DNA of 64,000 nt, from the NCBI GenBank assembly GCA_016235545.1, contig JACRKB010000191.1:1078-65077 (forward strand), read 5' to 3'. The stretch's first letter is position 1. Every line of letters begins with the position of its first letter. The DNA comes from Verrucomicrobiota bacterium. Lineage in GTDB: Bacteria > Verrucomicrobiota > Verrucomicrobiia > Limisphaerales > SXTU01. Shown here piece after piece: positions 61,001-64,000 of the stretch. The notes under the pieces were generated by a model that did no database searches, was not told the DNA's origin, and saw only the letters and a list, made by a program, of their open reading frames with translations. The translations under genes were made by a program, and so were the position numbers.

Positions 61001-62101
61001 CAGCACTGATCGCTTCTTTCCACCCGCCGCGAGCGCCTCGATCTGGGCGGTGTGGAAATCCACGCGCTTGGTGTTCCGGCCTGTGAGCTTGTAGCCCGCC
61101 CGCACCAGATGATTGGCCAGCCGGCCAATTGCCGGGACGCGGTAGAGCGCGGTAAGGCGCGCGTAGTGTTCGTCCCGCGTCTGCGCGGCGGCCAGCAGGG
61201 CGGCGGATTCACCGGGTGCGTCGCCGGTGCCCGCATGCGCGTGCGCTTCGGCGAGCGAGACTTCGGCGGTCTTGCGGCCCAGCACGTCCAGTTCGCCAGA
61301 CCAGTAATTGCCCGGGCGCAAGGCGTCGGAGGTGGACAGCATGGCGGGACGCCGTCGCGCCGCGACGATTTCAAAGCCGGCCTTGCGCAAGAGACTCGTG
61401 AGTGTGGCGAGAGTGAAATAGTAAGTGTGGACCAGCTTGAAGTAGCGCGGCGTGCCCTTGCGCAGCACGAGCGCATGCAGGTCCGGCGTCTGGAGATAAA
61501 CGAACCCGCCGGTGCGCGTGATGCGGTTCGTCTCCACGAGAGCTGCGAGCGGGTCGGAAAAGTGCTCGATGATGGCGAGGCCGGTGACGAGGTCGAATCG
61601 GCCAGCGTCGTAGCCGTTCGCCAGGAAATCGCACTGCCGGACCTCGACTCCGAAGCGCTCGTTTGCCGCACGCGCCGCTGACTCGGACTGCTCAATGCCC
61701 AGCAGCCGGTTCGAGCGGTCGAAGTGCCGGAGCCATTCGCCGTAGCCGCAGCCGATGTCGAGGATGGACCAGTTTTTCACCGGCGGCAGGTGTGCGAGCA
61801 ACCACGGCAGCAGGATGGTGCGCTGCCAGTCCTTCTCCTTCATGCGCGCCTCCGCACTGATGGGCTTGGCGTCCGCGTAATACTCCCGTTCGTAGAAGCG
61901 CTGCAACGCGGCGGGCGTGGGCTGCGGGTTCAGGAAGGTGAGACCGCACCGGCCACAGACGACCACGCGCAAGGGCAAGCCATGCAAGTGCCCGCGGTGC
62001 GTGACGCGGGTTTCGATGAGCAGGCGGTGCTGCTCCGGCCCGGCGTCGCAGTTGGCGCAACGAATGGGCTGGAACAACGGGTCGGCGGTGGTGGAATTCA
62101 T
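60992..62101 (-). CDS. Class I SAM-dependent methyltransferase with N-terminal Cys-rich (zinc-ribbon-like) segment
   Basis: Start at ATG 62099-62101, in ATGA overlap with the GT9 stop. CANC...CGRCG and SAM motif ILDIGCGYGEWL. Confidence 0.8.
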   Translation of the reverse strand: MNSTTADPLFQPIRCANCDAGPEQHRLLIETRVTHRGHLHGLPLRVVVCGRCGLTFLNPQPTPAALQRFYEREYYADAKPISAEARMKEKDWQRTILLPWLLAHLPPVKNWSILDIGCGYGEWLRHFDRSNRLLGIEQSESAARAANERFGVEVRQCDFLANGYDAGRFDLVTGLAIIEHFSDPLAALVETNRITRTGGFVYLQTPDLHALVLRKGTPRYFKLVHTYYFTLATLTSLLRKAGFEIVAARRRPAMLSTSDALRPGNYWSGELDVLGRKTAEVSLAEAHAHAGTGDAPGESAALLAAAQTRDEHYARLTALYRVPAIGRLANHLVRAGYKLTGRNTKRVDFHTAQIEALAAGGKKRSVLSD

Positions 62102-63144
62102 GAAGGAGGAGTGAAGCGTTGGGCAATGGCGGCCTGCACCTCGGCCAGCGTGATGGCCGAGAGACATTCCACCACGCGGGACTTGTCGCATTGCGGCCCG
62201 CGCACGGCCAGACAATGGCAGTTGCCGACAACGGCGTGGTGTTGCGCGCCGTAAGGCCGCCAGCGCGCGAGTTGCGACGGGCCGAAGAGAACAATCGCCG
62301 GCGTGCCCACGGCGGCGGAGAGATGCATGGGCGCGGAATCCATCCCGAAGAAAAAACGCGCCTGCCGGAGGAAGGCCGCGAGTTCGCGGAGGTTCAAGTC
62401 ACCCAGCCGCATCGGAGGCGGACGGCGGCAAAGCTGGAGAATCGCCTGCGCCCGGTTCAGTTCCTCAGCGGACGGCCCGCAGGTCATCATCGGTTGCCAG
62501 CCGCGTTCCGCGAGCCAGTCAATCAGCGCGGCGACTTTGACGTCGTTCCAGCACTTGAACAACCAGCGTGACGTGGGATGCACGACGACGAGCCGCTCCC
62601 GGCGAATGCCCTGCGCGCCGAGCCACGCCTGCGCGGCAGCCTCTTCGGCGGGCGTCTCGGGAAAGAAAAACTCCGGCTCGTAGTGCGGAAGCCCGGCCTG
62701 CACGAGAAAGTTCCGCTCGTGCTCGATGACGTGCCACGACTTGTCGGGCTTGGTGCCATGGCGGTTGAAGACATGCGGCTTCAGGCGCGAGCCGGCGGTG
62801 ACTTGGATGGCCCAGCTTTCGCGCGCACGGCTCAGGAGCGCGTAGCCCATCGCGCGGTCGCTCCAGGTGAAATCCACAAAGAGGTCGTAGCCCGCCAGCG
62901 CGATGTCCTTCGCGACACGCAGCTCGTCACGCAGTGTCGTCAATCCGCGTCCCTTTCGCGGAGCTTCGATGACCCGGTGAATCCAGTCGAAGCCCTCCAC
63001 CAGGCTGCGCGTGCCTGGCGTGACGAGCACGTCGAGCTGCGCCTGCGGGAACGTCCGGTGCAGCGCCCAGAACGCCGGCTGGCTCAGCATGATGTCGCCG
63101 AGGTGCGTGTTCTTGACGGCGAGGATACGGCGCGGCGCGTTCAT
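62098..63144 (-). CDS. Family 9 glycosyltransferase (heptosyltransferase-like)
   Basis: Start at ATG 63142-63144, in ATGA overlap. ILAVKNTHLGDIMLSQPAFWALHRTFP and the C-terminal FFGMDSAPMHLSAAVGTP are GT9 signatures. Confidence 0.8.
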   Translation of the reverse strand: MNAPRRILAVKNTHLGDIMLSQPAFWALHRTFPQAQLDVLVTPGTRSLVEGFDWIHRVIEAPRKGRGLTTLRDELRVAKDIALAGYDLFVDFTWSDRAMGYALLSRARESWAIQVTAGSRLKPHVFNRHGTKPDKSWHVIEHERNFLVQAGLPHYEPEFFFPETPAEEAAAQAWLGAQGIRRERLVVVHPTSRWLFKCWNDVKVAALIDWLAERGWQPMMTCGPSAEELNRAQAILQLCRRPPPMRLGDLNLRELAAFLRQARFFFGMDSAPMHLSAAVGTPAIVLFGPSQLARWRPYGAQHHAVVGNCHCLAVRGPQCDKSRVVECLSAITLAEVQAAIAQRFTPPS

Positions 63145-64000
63145 GCGGGCTTGAGTCGCGCGCACAAGGGCGCGAGTTCCGGCAGCGCGAGGAGCTGCGT
63201 GAGCTGGGCGCGGAAGGCGGCCACGGGGAAGGTCCAGTTGCCGCGCGATTCCCCGGCCTCGCCGTTGTAAAGCGTCACCGCCTGGTTGCCGCAGATGAGC
63301 GCGAGCTGCGTGCCGTGGCTGCTGGCGTAAATCTCATTCTCCGGTGTGCCCGGTGCAAGCGTGACCAGCAGGTTGCCCTCGGCGAAAAGCACGTTGCAGA
63401 TGCCCTGCCCGATGGGGCCGAGGATGACCGGCGCGCGGCGGAAAGCGACGATTTGGTCCTCCAGCGTCTTGTCCTTGAACTCGAACACGTCCAACTCGCC
63501 CAGCAGCTCGCGCGCGGCGGCGATGAGTTCATCCTCATTCTCAACGCGCTTGTCCGGCGCGTCGCGGCGGGTGACAAAGATGGGCCGGGCCGGGCCGGGG
63601 GGCTGTCGGCGCTCGACCTCCGCCGCGCGGTCGCGGATGAAACGGTAATGGTCCGGCGGGCTGAGGGCGTTGGAGCCGTAAGCCAGCGGCACGTGCAGCA
63701 GGCGCTCCGCGCGCAGCGTGCCTTGCGAGCCTTCCACGACGCGCGACTCGTCCTCGCCGATGAGCCGCAGAAAATTCTTCTGCCAGCGTGCGTGCCCTGG
63801 TGCAACGAGGATGCGGTAGTCACCGAGTTGTTCCAGCACTGGCCGCGCGTTGAGCAGGCGAGAGAGATGTTGGAGCAGGAAGTGGCCTTTGTTCTCGTGG
63901 TTGCGGCCCGTCAGGTGGAACAGCGTCCCGCTCTCTCGCCGCGCCAGCCACGGCACCGGGCGGCGGATGCGCATAATCCCCAGCCGCTCCTGGTGCGGGT
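63141..64000 (-). CDS. Family 61 glycosyltransferase (DUF563), 5' end probably outside the window
   Basis: GHFLLQHLSRLL, IFVTRRDAPDKRVENEDEL and GPIGQGICNVLF. The frame stays open upstream of the first ATG (63974) to the window edge. Confidence 0.7.
   Translation of the reverse strand, partial: PHQERLGIMRIRRPVPWLARRESGTLFHLTGRNHENKGHFLLQHLSRLLNARPVLEQLGDYRILVAPGHARWQKNFLRLIGEDESRVVEGSQGTLRAERLLHVPLAYGSNALSPPDHYRFIRDRAAEVERRQPPGPARPIFVTRRDAPDKRVENEDELIAAARELLGELDVFEFKDKTLEDQIVAFRRAPVILGPIGQGICNVLFAEGNLLVTLAPGTPENEIYASSHGTQLALICGNQAVTLYNGEAGESRGNWTFPVAAFRAQLTQLLALPELAPLCARLKPA

Noticed and set aside
33612-64000. Glycan locus as a horizontally acquired genomic island
   Set aside because: There is no flanking tRNA, integrase or direct repeats in the window. 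Composition looks as GC-rich as the rest by eye. I did not compute GC or codon statistics, so I make no claim.

Overview
GC-rich bacterial chromosomal window. Gene content and repeat style look Verrucomicrobiota/Planctomycetota-like, but that is inference only. I call about 50 protein genes and one tRNA, and found no rRNA, CRISPR array, transposase, integrase or phage genes. Left part (1-25.4 kb): tail of a TPR-like gene plus a PelF-like glycosyltransferase, a sulfatase, a secreted PPC-domain protein, Sua5/TsaC, a TolC-like OMP, a Sel1 lipoprotein, a tRNA-Tyr/hpf/amidohydrolase/SDR string, an RND efflux operon (permease-adaptor-OMP), ftsH, a rodZ-like gene, rimO, two small coiled-coil ORFs, pgsA-pgpA and a PQQ-like beta-propeller. 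Middle (25.5-33.4 kb): a single 2,620-codon ORF that reads as an in-frame fusion of two paralogous surface-protein modules. I cannot place it in a named family, and it is my best candidate for something undescribed. Right part (33.6-64 kb): a dense four-block glycan (LPS/O-antigen/capsule-type) locus. It holds a translationally coupled CDP-hexose pathway with two TylCIII-type C-methyltransferases, NeuC/NeuA with a distant SAF-less NeuB-like gene, a ThDP enzyme, a split transketolase, fcl, about eight methyltransferases, GT2/GT9/GT61 genes and an MsbA-like exporter. Several families of short-period (6, 7 and 9 nt) tandem and palindromic repeats occur across the window. Most are intergenic, but some are translated in frame inside rimO, sua5 and the giant ORF. 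All family assignments rest on motifs recognised by eye, and no database search or computation was run.
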